A stretch of DNA of 32,000 nt from Aquifex aeolicus VF5. Lineage in GTDB: Bacteria; Aquificota; Aquificia; Aquificales; Aquificaceae. The stretch spans positions 510,001-542,000 of the forward strand of contig NC_000918.1 in NCBI RefSeq assembly GCF_000008625.1, written 5' to 3'. A program made the position numbers and the translations under genes. The notes beneath the pieces were generated by a model. It was not told the origin of the DNA. It searched no databases and was given only the letters and a program-made list of their open reading frames with translations. This document shows, in pieces, positions 1-11,155 of the stretch (the first letter of the stretch is position 1; each line of letters starts with the position of its first letter).

Positions 1-75
1 TTGAAGTGCCGGAGCTTTTGACTTTTTCTTCCTCTTTTCCCTTCCGTACTTAACTAACTGGTTGAACGTCGGCAT
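1..75 (-). CDS. rpsL: Ribosomal protein S12, N-terminal 25 codons (gene runs off the left edge)
   Basis: Reverse complement reads MPTFNQLVKYGREKRKKKSKAPALQ, the S12 N-terminus, preceded by AAAAGGAGGAAGCG as ribosome binding site. Not in the supplied ORF track. Confidence 0.93.
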   Translation of the reverse strand, partial: MPTFNQLVKYGREKRKKKSKAPALQ

Positions 76-103
76 TCGCTTCCTCCTTTTAAGGCAAATT
101 ATT

Positions 104-133
104 AGTATATCAAAATGCTAAAATTAAAGGCAA
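104..133 (-). promoter_or_regulatory. Possible sigma70-like promoter for rpsL (TTGCCT, 18 bp, TATACT on the minus strand)
   Basis: Minus strand -10-like TATACT at 104..109 and -35-like TTGCCT at 128..133, upstream of the rpsL start at 75. Pattern only, in AT-rich DNA. Confidence 0.3.
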
Positions 134-160
134 TTAAAACCCCTTTTCAGGAGGAGCTTC

Positions 161-1558
161 ATGGAGTTTGACTTAATAATCGTGGGTGCGGGTAGTGGAG
201 GTTACGAGGCGGGGCTTTACGCCTTCAGAAGGGGAATGAAGGTAGCCTTCGTGGAACTCTCTCCGGAGACCGTGGGAGGAAATTGCCTCAACAGAGGTTG
301 CATCCCTTCAAAGTACATGAGGCACGGGGCTTACCTCCTTGACAAGTTTCAGAAAATGGAGCAATACGGAATAATTTCAAAGGGTTACGACATAGAGTAC
401 AAAAAACTCAAAGAGGGAAGGGATAACGTCGTAGTGACCATAAGGGAAAACTTTAAGAAGTTCGCCCAGCAACTCAGAATTCCCATATACTACGGCAAAG
501 GAGTTTTAAAGGATCCAAACACTGTGTTCGTGGAAGGACCAGAGGAAACTCTGAAGGCTAAGTACATCCTCGTGGCTACTGGATCCTCTCCTACCTCTGT
601 CGGGAACCTCGTTCCGGACGGAAAGTACGTTATAGACACAGATCAGATATGGGAAATAGATTACGTACCAAAGAAGGTTCTAATAGTCGGGGGCGGAGCA
701 GTAGGGGTTGAGTTCGCATACATATTCAGGAAGTACGGAAGTGAGGTTGTTCTGGTAGAGATAAAAGACAGACTCCTTCCCACTCCCGATATCCCCGAGG
801 ACAGCGGGAGGTACCTCGCCAGAAAGTTAAGGGAACTGGGAGTTGATATAAGGACGAGAACTTCTGTGGAGAGCTGGGAAAAGACTCAGAACGGAGTAAA
901 GGCAAAGCTCACGGACGGGAGCGAGGTTGTAGCGGACTTCATCCTCCTCGGTGTAGGAAGAAAACCAAACACCAAAGGAATAGGCCTTGAGGAACTCGGT
1001 ATAGAGATGGACGAGAGGGGATTCGTAAAGACGAACGAGTACGCCCAAACGAACATTCCAAACATATACGCCTGTGGGGATATAACCTCTCCCTTAATGC
1101 TGGCTCACAAGTCTATGTACGAGGGTAAAATCGCCGTTTCCCACATACTTGGCGAGAGGGACTGGAAGAAGAACGAGAGGATAATTCCCAAGATTATTTA
1201 CTCCGCACTGGAAGTGGCATCGGTCGGCCTCACTGAAGAGCAGGCGGAAGACGAAGACATAGAAGTAAGGGTGGGAGTAGCTTCTTTCGTTTCAAACCCC
1301 AAAGCCATGGACGACGGAGAGAATGAGGGATTTGTAAGGATAGTGGCGGACGACGAGACTGGTGAAATACTCGGATGTCACATAGTCGGTCCACATGCGG
1401 GAGAACTCATACATCAGGTAGTTCACATGATAAAGGACGGAAAAACCGTGGAGTTTGCTTCAAAGACTATGTACTCCCACCCATCACTTTCGGAAAACAT
1501 AGGAATAGCTTCCTCGGAGGTTTATTACGGACCTATATCGTGGGTAAAAAGGCGGTAA
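161..1558 (+). CDS. lpd: Dihydrolipoamide dehydrogenase (pyridine nucleotide-disulfide oxidoreductase)
   Basis: 465 aa; FAD motif GAGSGG, redox-active GGNCLNRGCIPSK, NAD motif GGGAVGVEFA, C-terminal dimerisation motif GPHAGELIHQ...HPSLSE; ribosome binding site AGGAGG upstream. Confidence 0.9.
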   Translation: MEFDLIIVGAGSGGYEAGLYAFRRGMKVAFVELSPETVGGNCLNRGCIPSKYMRHGAYLLDKFQKMEQYGIISKGYDIEYKKLKEGRDNVVVTIRENFKKFAQQLRIPIYYGKGVLKDPNTVFVEGPEETLKAKYILVATGSSPTSVGNLVPDGKYVIDTDQIWEIDYVPKKVLIVGGGAVGVEFAYIFRKYGSEVVLVEIKDRLLPTPDIPEDSGRYLARKLRELGVDIRTRTSVESWEKTQNGVKAKLTDGSEVVADFILLGVGRKPNTKGIGLEELGIEMDERGFVKTNEYAQTNIPNIYACGDITSPLMLAHKSMYEGKIAVSHILGERDWKKNERIIPKIIYSALEVASVGLTEEQAEDEDIEVRVGVASFVSNPKAMDDGENEGFVRIVADDETGEILGCHIVGPHAGELIHQVVHMIKDGKTVEFASKTMYSHPSLSENIGIASSEVYYGPISWVKRR

Positions 1559-1621
1559 AACTTGACACCACTCATTGTTTATTCAAAGGGAATACTCATA
1601 TTTCCTAAAGGAGGTAAGTAA

Positions 1622-2716
1622 ATGGCCGTTCAGGACGTAATAGAGGCTCTCAAGAAGGAAACCCTTGAAGACGTAGGTATAAATCAAAACCTAGCACAGC
1701 TCGTAAAAGACATAAAAATGGTGGGAAATGTTCTCACGATAGTCTTTGAACCCCCAAAGCAGGGACTTGAAGACATTATAAGAGCAAAGGTTATAGACGC
1801 CTTAGGTAACCTTCCCGAGGTTCAAAAAATTGACGTGAAGTTTGTAAAACCTCAGGCTCAGATTCCCGTAAAGCAGCAAGCACCCCAGCAACAGCAAACC
1901 CCACCGCCCCAAACGCAACAACCCATGTTCACGAGGAAAAAGGTTCCCGGAGTAAAACACATAATAGCGGTTGGAAGCGGTAAAGGAGGAGTTGGAAAGT
2001 CTACGGTTGCTGCAAACCTCGCGGTAGCCCTCTCACAACTCGGCTACAAAGTGGGACTCCTTGACGCGGACGTTTACGGTCCCAGCGTCCCCACACTCTT
2101 CGGGCTCAAGGGTGAGAGGGTAACAGTAGACCAGTTCCAGAGAATTATCCCCGTTGAGAAGTATGGTCTCAAAATTCTATCAATAGGCTTTATGCTCCCC
2201 TCTGAAGACACTCCCATAATTTGGCGTGGTCCCATGCTCATGAAAGCTCTAACGGAGTTTCTCTTCAGCACCAAGTGGGGAAATCTAGACTTCCTCGTTA
2301 TGGACCTGCCTCCGGGAACGGGTGACGTTCAGATAACCCTCGCTCAGAACGTGGAACTTACAGGAGCAGTGGTTGTGACCACTCCTCAGGACGTTGCCCT
2401 TGCGGACGTGAAAAAAGCTGTTTCAATGTTCAGAGAGGTAAACATTCCCGTCCTCGGAGTTATAGAAAACATGGCTTACTTCATATGTCCGAGTGACAAA
2501 CAGAAATACTACATATTCGGAAAGGGCAAAGTGGCGGAGTTTGCAAACGCCTATGGGCTTAAAATACTCGGCTCAATACCGATAGACCCCGAAGTCGCGG
2601 AAAAGTCCGATAAAGGTGAACCAATAGTTATATCTCACCCCGACTCGGAAGTTGCAAAGGCATTCCTTAGCATAGCCAAAGTTTTGAGCCAGGTTGTAGA
2701 AAGTAAAGTAAATTAA
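1622..2716 (+). CDS. mrp: Mrp/ApbC/NBP35-family P-loop ATPase with N-terminal MIP18/DUF59-like domain
   Basis: 364 aa; GSGKGGVGKST deviant Walker A, LDADVYGPSVPTLFG, MDLPPGTGD, Gln/Pro-rich linker between domains; AAAGGAGG upstream. Confidence 0.9.
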   Translation: MAVQDVIEALKKETLEDVGINQNLAQLVKDIKMVGNVLTIVFEPPKQGLEDIIRAKVIDALGNLPEVQKIDVKFVKPQAQIPVKQQAPQQQQTPPPQTQQPMFTRKKVPGVKHIIAVGSGKGGVGKSTVAANLAVALSQLGYKVGLLDADVYGPSVPTLFGLKGERVTVDQFQRIIPVEKYGLKILSIGFMLPSEDTPIIWRGPMLMKALTEFLFSTKWGNLDFLVMDLPPGTGDVQITLAQNVELTGAVVVTTPQDVALADVKKAVSMFREVNIPVLGVIENMAYFICPSDKQKYYIFGKGKVAEFANAYGLKILGSIPIDPEVAEKSDKGEPIVISHPDSEVAKAFLSIAKVLSQVVESKVN

Positions 2717-2736
2717 TCTAAAAAGGAGGTTGTAAA

Positions 2737-3957
2737 ATGTTCAGAACGAAAGCCGGCAAAAAAGTAGTTTACGTTGACCATATAGCTACAACACCGGTAG
2801 CGGAAGAAGTTCTTGAAGCTATGCTCCCTTACTTCAGGGAGAAGTTCGGTAATCCCACATCTCTCCACAGCTTCGGACAGGAGGCAAAGAAAGCGGTAGA
2901 AAAAGCCAGAGAACAAGTTGCACAGCTCATAAACGCAAACATCCCCGAAGAGATCATATTCACATCCGGAGGAATAGAGGCTAATAACCTTGCGATAAAA
3001 GGTATAGCAAAGGCTTACCAGAGGAGAGGAAAGCACATAGTTACCACGGAAATAGAGCACCACTCCATCCTTCACCCTTGTAAAACCCTAGAAAGAGAAG
3101 GCTGGGAAGTTACGTACTTAAAACCCGATAAGTACGGCTTAATAGACCCAGAGCAAGTTAGAGAAGCGGTAAGGGAAGACACCGTCCTCGTTTCCATAGG
3201 GCATTCCAACAGGGAAATAGGAACTATTCAAAACATAAAGGAACTCGTAAAGGCGGCAAAGGAAAAGAACCCCAAAGTTATATTCCACACGGACGCCGCA
3301 CCTTCTCTCGGACACTACCCCGTTGACGTTCAGGACTGGGGAGTAGACGCTGCTTCTTTTACCGCACACCTCATGTACGGTCCCAAGGGAGTGGGAGCAC
3401 TATGGACCAGAAAGGGCGTTAAGGTTAAGCCCCTGATAGAAGGTGGAACCCAGGAAAGAGGAGTGAGGGCGGGAACGGAAAACGTCCCCGGAATAGTTGG
3501 TTTCGGAGCCGCAGCAGAACTTGCCATGAAGGAACTCGACGACAGGATGAAGAGGCTCTCCCACTACAGGGATAAACTCAGAAAGGGACTGGAAGAAAAG
3601 GTGGATTACATAGAGTTTACAGGACATCCAACTCAAAGACTTCCCCACCACCTCTCAATAATCGTACACTTCGTGGAAGGTGAGGCTATGCTCCTGAGAC
3701 TTGACCTCATGGGCATAGAAACTGCTTCAGGTTCTGCGTGCGTATCCTTGGCACTCAAGCAGTCACACGTTCTCACAGCTATAGGTATCCCTAAAGAAGT
3801 TTCAAACGGTTCGGTAGTGTTCTCCTTCGGTAGGGAAAATACGGAAGAAGATGTGGACTACATACTCGAAGAGTTCCCCAAAGTTATCAACTGGCTCAGG
3901 GAAGTTTCTCCCTTCAATCCAGAGAACTGGGAAAAGTACGTGAAATCCAGAGGATAA
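2737..3957 (+). CDS. NifS/IscS-family cysteine desulfurase homologue with altered PLP pocket
   Basis: 406 aa; ATTPV, EEIIFTSGGIEANNLAIKG, EHHSILHPC, REIGTIQ, HTDAAPSLG, YGPKGVGAL and SGSACVS motifs. The PLP lysine position reads TAHLMYGPKG rather than xxHKxYGPKG. Confidence 0.85.
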   Translation: MFRTKAGKKVVYVDHIATTPVAEEVLEAMLPYFREKFGNPTSLHSFGQEAKKAVEKAREQVAQLINANIPEEIIFTSGGIEANNLAIKGIAKAYQRRGKHIVTTEIEHHSILHPCKTLEREGWEVTYLKPDKYGLIDPEQVREAVREDTVLVSIGHSNREIGTIQNIKELVKAAKEKNPKVIFHTDAAPSLGHYPVDVQDWGVDAASFTAHLMYGPKGVGALWTRKGVKVKPLIEGGTQERGVRAGTENVPGIVGFGAAAELAMKELDDRMKRLSHYRDKLRKGLEEKVDYIEFTGHPTQRLPHHLSIIVHFVEGEAMLLRLDLMGIETASGSACVSLALKQSHVLTAIGIPKEVSNGSVVFSFGRENTEEDVDYILEEFPKVINWLREVSPFNPENWEKYVKSRG

Positions 3958-3968
3958 AATAAAACTTT

Positions 3969-6315
<2,347 letters not shown>

Positions 6316-6320
6316 TTACG

Positions 6321-7421
6321 ATGTTTGAAAAACAAGAAGTAGAACAGAAAAAAGAATTAAAGATCCTTGAAATAATAAAGGAAGCAATAGAACTTGGGGC
6401 AAGCGATATACACCTCACCGCAGGCGCACCACCCGCGGTCAGGATTGACGGTTACATAAAGTTTTTGAAAGACTTTCCGAGACTGACTCCGGAGGATACA
6501 CAAAAGCTGGCTTATTCAGTTATGTCAGAAAAACACAGACAGAAGCTGGAAGAGAACGGACAGGTGGACTTTTCCTTCGGAGTGAGAGGAGTTGGAAGGT
6601 TCAGGGCTAACGTTTTTTACCAGAGGGGTTCGGTAGCAGCAGCGTTGAGATCCCTTCCCGCTGAAATTCCTGAATTTAAAAAACTGGGACTTCCCGATAA
6701 AGTTCTTGAACTCTGTCATAGAAAGATGGGGTTAATTCTCGTTACAGGTCCTACGGGGTCGGGTAAGTCTACAACTATAGCTTCTATGATTGATTACATA
6801 AACCAAACTAAGTCCTATCACATAATAACGATAGAAGATCCCATTGAGTACGTTTTTAAGCACAAAAAGTCTATAGTGAACCAAAGGGAAGTGGGTGAAG
6901 ATACCAAAAGCTTTGCCGACGCTCTCAGGGCAGCTCTCAGAGAAGACCCGGACGTCATATTCGTCGGTGAGATGAGAGATCTGGAAACCGTTGAAACCGC
7001 ACTCAGGGCTGCGGAAACGGGACACCTTGTTTTCGGAACACTTCACACCAACACGGCTATAGACACCATACACAGGATAGTGGACATATTCCCCCTGAAT
7101 CAACAGGAACAAGTAAGAATAGTGCTTTCTTTTATCTTGCAAGGAATTATTTCTCAAAGGCTTCTACCTAAAATTGGAGGCGGCAGAGTTCTTGCATACG
7201 AATTACTTATTCCCAACACAGCTATAAGGAATCTAATAAGGGAAAACAAACTCCAGCAGGTTTACTCCCTTATGCAAAGCGGTCAAGCCGAAACGGGAAT
7301 GCAGACCATGAACCAGACCCTTTACAAGCTTTATAAACAAGGTTTAATAACCTTGGAAGATGCTATGGAAGCCTCTCCCGATCCAAAAGAGCTTGAAAGA
7401 ATGATTAGGGGAGGCAGGTAG
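6321..7421 (+). CDS. pilT: Type IV pilus retraction ATPase PilT
   Basis: 366 aa; GASDIHLTAG, VTGPTGSGKSTTIASMIDYIN, PDVIFVGEMRDLETVETALRAAETGHLVFGTLHTN. Confidence 0.95.
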   Translation: MFEKQEVEQKKELKILEIIKEAIELGASDIHLTAGAPPAVRIDGYIKFLKDFPRLTPEDTQKLAYSVMSEKHRQKLEENGQVDFSFGVRGVGRFRANVFYQRGSVAAALRSLPAEIPEFKKLGLPDKVLELCHRKMGLILVTGPTGSGKSTTIASMIDYINQTKSYHIITIEDPIEYVFKHKKSIVNQREVGEDTKSFADALRAALREDPDVIFVGEMRDLETVETALRAAETGHLVFGTLHTNTAIDTIHRIVDIFPLNQQEQVRIVLSFILQGIISQRLLPKIGGGRVLAYELLIPNTAIRNLIRENKLQQVYSLMQSGQAETGMQTMNQTLYKLYKQGLITLEDAMEASPDPKELERMIRGGR

Positions 7422-8647
7422 TGCCTCTTTTCAAGTACAAGGCCGTAACTCCTGAAGGAAGAGTAGTTGAGGGGCAGGGGGAGTTCCCTTCAGTTTTAGA
7501 ACTTTACGAAAGGCTCAGTGCCCAAGGATTGACACTTATTTCTTACAAAACGATAAAGGAAGAAGTCAAGAAAGGGTTTGAGATAAACATTCCTTTACCC
7601 TTTGGTAGTGTATCGGAAAGGGATTGGTCCCTTTTGTGCAGACAGCTTTCCGTTCTCGTGGGAGCCGGCGTAAGCATAGTAGAGGCTATAGAACTCGTCG
7701 CCGAGCAAATGCAAAACAAGAAGTTAAGAAAAGCACTTATGGAAACGGCAAAGGATATAGAGGAAGGAAGTTCCATACACGATGCCCTTGCAAAGAGAAA
7801 GAACATATTCCCCGAATTTCTTATAAACCTTGTGGAAGTAGGGGAAGAGACGGGTGAACTTGATCTCGTTTTAAGAAGGGCAGCGGAGTATTACGAAAAG
7901 ATAGCGTTTATAAAAGGGAAGATAAAGAGTGCGTCCTTTTATCCGACTTTTGTTATGATCTTTGCAACGGCTATAGTGTGGTTCATTCTGACCTTCGTAG
8001 TACCCAAATTTGCCGAAATTTATAAGTCTTTAGGTGGAACACTTCCCGCTCCTACACAGCTCTTAATAGATATCTCATTAACGCTCCAGAGGAATATTCC
8101 CTACATCTTAGGTACTCTACTGATTTCGGTAGCGGTATTCCTTTACTTTTACAGGACAAACCTGAAGTTCAGGGCTTTAATTCACAGAATTTTACTTAGA
8201 TTGCCTGTTTTTGGAGGGATATTTAAAAAGGGTGCCTTTGCAAGGTTTGCAAGAACTATGGCAACGCTTTTTGCTTCAGGTGTTCCCCTTGAAAGAGTTC
8301 TGGAAATCTCCGGAAGGGTTGTAGGTTTTATTCCTATAGAAAAGGCCCTTAACGAAGCAAGAAAAGAAGTTTTAGAGGGTAAAAACCTGTGGATGGCACT
8401 CCAGAATACTGAAATGTTTCCCAAAATGATAATAGCTATGGTAAGGGTAGGTGAGGAAACAGGACAGATGGATCAGATGCTGAACTCCATAGCGAACTTT
8501 TACGAAGAAGAGGTGGACAGGAGCATAGAGGGACTTGTTGCTCTCATAGAACCGGCGTTGATAGTAATTCTCGGAGTGATTATAGGTGCTATACTCATAG
8601 CCCTATACCTGCCTATATTCAACATCGGAAGTTTCATAATCAGGTAA
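7421..8647 (+). CDS. pilC: Type IV pilus inner-membrane platform protein PilC/GspF family
   Basis: 408 aa; duplicated T2SSF domains with [18 protein letters not shown] and [25 protein letters not shown] and [14 protein letters not shown]; GTG start overlaps the pilT stop. Confidence 0.9.
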
Positions 8648-9428
8648 TCCTCTTGTATATAAGGTCTAGAAGGTATCTGAGTTCTTGGCTTTCCTTGAAA
8701 ATTTCTTTTTCTTTTAGTTCTTCGTATAGTTTTTTTATTTCTTCTTTTAAACATTCTCCGAGTTTCTCGTAAAATCCATCTTTGTCAAGGTAGTCGTCAA
8801 CCATTTGAAAGAGTAAGCCTACTTTTCTGCCAATACTTTCCATCTCCTTGAGTTTTTCCCTTCTCTTCGCTACCACAGCTCCGCACATAAAGCAAGCTTC
8901 AAAGAGTGCCCCTGTTTTTTTTACACTGACCTCGTAGAGGTCCTCATACCCCTTTATGTCAAGAACCTGTCCCCCTACCATTCCGTTAGAACCTGCCTTT
9001 TGAGCGATAATTTTGTTTATCTCAAGTATCTCTTCACAGGAAAGGGTTTTGTAATTTTCCCTTTGTGATAGGACCTCAAAGGTGTAAGTCAGGAGTGCAT
9101 CTCCCGCAAGGAGTGCCATCGCTTCTCCGAACTTTATGTGGCACGTAGGGAGGCCTCTTCTCCAGACATCGTTGTCCATACAGGGAAGATCGTCGTGTAT
9201 AAGGGAGTAGTTGTGAATGAGTTCTATACCAGAGCCAACGGTTATAGCATCATCTTCATTCCCTCCGAGAGCACTTGCGACCGCAACCGTAAAGAGGGGT
9301 CTTATCCTCTTTCCCTTTTGTAAGGGATAGTACTTCATAGCTTCTATTAATTCTTCTGGACCTTCGGGTTTCAGGATTTCATTAAGTCTTTTTTCTATTT
9401 TTTCTTTCCAGGTTTCTATCCTTTCCAT
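8640..9428 (-). CDS. ispA: Short-chain polyprenyl diphosphate synthase (farnesyl/geranylgeranyl type)
   Basis: 262 aa; [11 protein letters not shown] first Asp-rich motif, [29 protein letters not shown] second Asp-rich motif. Confidence 0.8.
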
Positions 9429-9441
9429 AAGGCTTTTAAGT

Positions 9442-10167
9442 TTAAAGTAAAACTTTTTCTAAGTGAAGGCCCTGAGGCGGAGCGGTGTAAGGAGAGTTTC
9501 CCTTTCCTTGGAGTAGTTCCTCCAGTACTTCTTCCGAATAGAGTCCCAAGGAAATCTTGACGGCCGTTCCCACGATTCTTCTCACCATATACCTCAAAAA
9601 ATGAGAAGCCTTTAGCCTTATTTCTATTAGAGGGTATTCCACATTCAAACTTACCTCTTCAAGGTTTATTACTGTGTTCCTTTCCTCTTCCAATTTTGTA
9701 AGAGCTCTGAAGTCGTGAGTTCCTTCAAACTTCTTAAGGATATTTCTAAGGACTTCCGTATTTATTTCCCTTTTTACCTGCCATGAAAAAGGATAAAGGA
9801 AGGGATTTCTCACTTCTGAGTTCCATATCTTATACAGGTAAACCTTCCCTTTTACGGAATAGCGTGCGTTGAATTCTTCGGAAACTTTCTTAACCGCGTA
9901 AACTCCTACGTCTTTGGGAAGAATTCCGTTTAGGGCTTTTAGCAATTTTTCCTCTGGAAAGTCCTTCTGGGTTTTGAAGTTTGCAATGTAATCTAGAGCG
10001 TGGACACCGGAATCGGTTCTGCAGCAGCCTGTCACTTTAACGTCTTCACACAGAATTTGGGAAAGAGCCTTCTGAATTTCTCCCTGAACGGTTCTTAAGT
10101 TCGGTTGAACTTGCCATCCGTAAAAGTTTGTACCAACGAAAGCGAGGCGAAGGAGGTAATTAGGCAT
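9442..10167 (-). CDS. truA: tRNA pseudouridine(38-40) synthase
   Basis: 241 aa; [33 protein letters not shown] catalytic Asp motif, [12 protein letters not shown]. Confidence 0.93.
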
Positions 10168-11122
10168 GCTTTTTCAGTTCTTCCTTTATCCTCTCTATAG
10201 TTTTCACGGGAACGGGATCGTAACCATAGAGTTCTGCAAGGAATACACTTACCCAGTCCGCAAGGTGCACCAGGTAAAGACTTCTCGCAAGGTAAGAGTT
10301 TCCTTCTCCTTTGAGCATTATCGGAACTACTCCGAAATCCTCCAGAATTTTTTTCGTTATATCCACCCTCAGCTTTACCCTGTGGTGGTCCTTTTCGTCG
10401 AACATCAAAAGGTAAACGAACTTATTTCTGAGTTCAGGATTGCTCCAGCCCATGACTTCGTTGTGGTGCATCTCGGGAAGAATGGTAAAGTAAGCAGGGG
10501 ATTTTGAGTTTTCGTTTATCTGTCCTTTCCACCTTTCCGCTATGTGGGCAGTTAAAGGCGTGGAGTAAACCACTGGAATGTATCCGTAAATCCTGTTCGC
10601 TATTTCCTTGCCTTTCTGTTTTAAGCTTTCAAGGTTTTCCTTGAGGTTCTCCTTTGCATCTTCAAGCTCGTCTTTATCAACTCCGAGGAGGTTCAGAACT
10701 TTGGAGAGCATAAACCCGAGGGAGTATCTTGGTTGAAAACCCTTTGGAACCTCGTAAATCTCGCAGCCCTCTTCCTTTGCCCTTTCCATTAACTTGCCGT
10801 TTGAAGTAATACATAAGGGCTTTATTCCCCTCCCTATAGCTTCCTCAAAGTTGGAGAGGGTTTCTTCAGTATTACCGCTGTAGCTGATACAAAAAACGAG
10901 ATAGTCCCTATCTACAAAGGGAGGAAGTGTGTAGTCTTTCACTACAAAAGTGGGTTTATTAAAACTTCTGTGTTCCAGCCACTTGCTCGCAAAACTTCCT
11001 ATTATTCCGCTCCCTCCCATTCCGCAAAAGACTATACCTTTGTAGGGGGTGAGGTCCTTAGCTATGTCTTCCCACTCAAACTGGTTGTAAAATCCCTCCA
11101 CCACTTTGTAAACTTCTTCCAT
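10160..11122 (-). CDS. SIS-domain phosphoglucose / phosphomannose isomerase
   Basis: 320 aa; CGMGGSGIIG, SYSGNTEET, LPEMHHNEVMGW match the bifunctional PGI/PMI family known from archaea and some bacteria. Confidence 0.85.
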   Translation of the reverse strand: MEEVYKVVEGFYNQFEWEDIAKDLTPYKGIVFCGMGGSGIIGSFASKWLEHRSFNKPTFVVKDYTLPPFVDRDYLVFCISYSGNTEETLSNFEEAIGRGIKPLCITSNGKLMERAKEEGCEIYEVPKGFQPRYSLGFMLSKVLNLLGVDKDELEDAKENLKENLESLKQKGKEIANRIYGYIPVVYSTPLTAHIAERWKGQINENSKSPAYFTILPEMHHNEVMGWSNPELRNKFVYLLMFDEKDHHRVKLRVDITKKILEDFGVVPIMLKGEGNSYLARSLYLVHLADWVSVFLAELYGYDPVPVKTIERIKEELKKHA

Positions 11123-11155
11123 GGGAAAAATTATAAGGGGAAAGAAGAGAAAAGA

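Noticed and set aside
827-1048. Minus-strand ORF inside lpd (73 aa)
   Set aside because: Antisense to a well-conserved gene, no recognisable domain, expected from codon bias.
2713-3075. Minus-strand 120-aa ORF opposite the NifS-like gene
   Set aside because: Cys/Phe/Tyr-rich translation typical of antisense frames; sense gene is clearly real.
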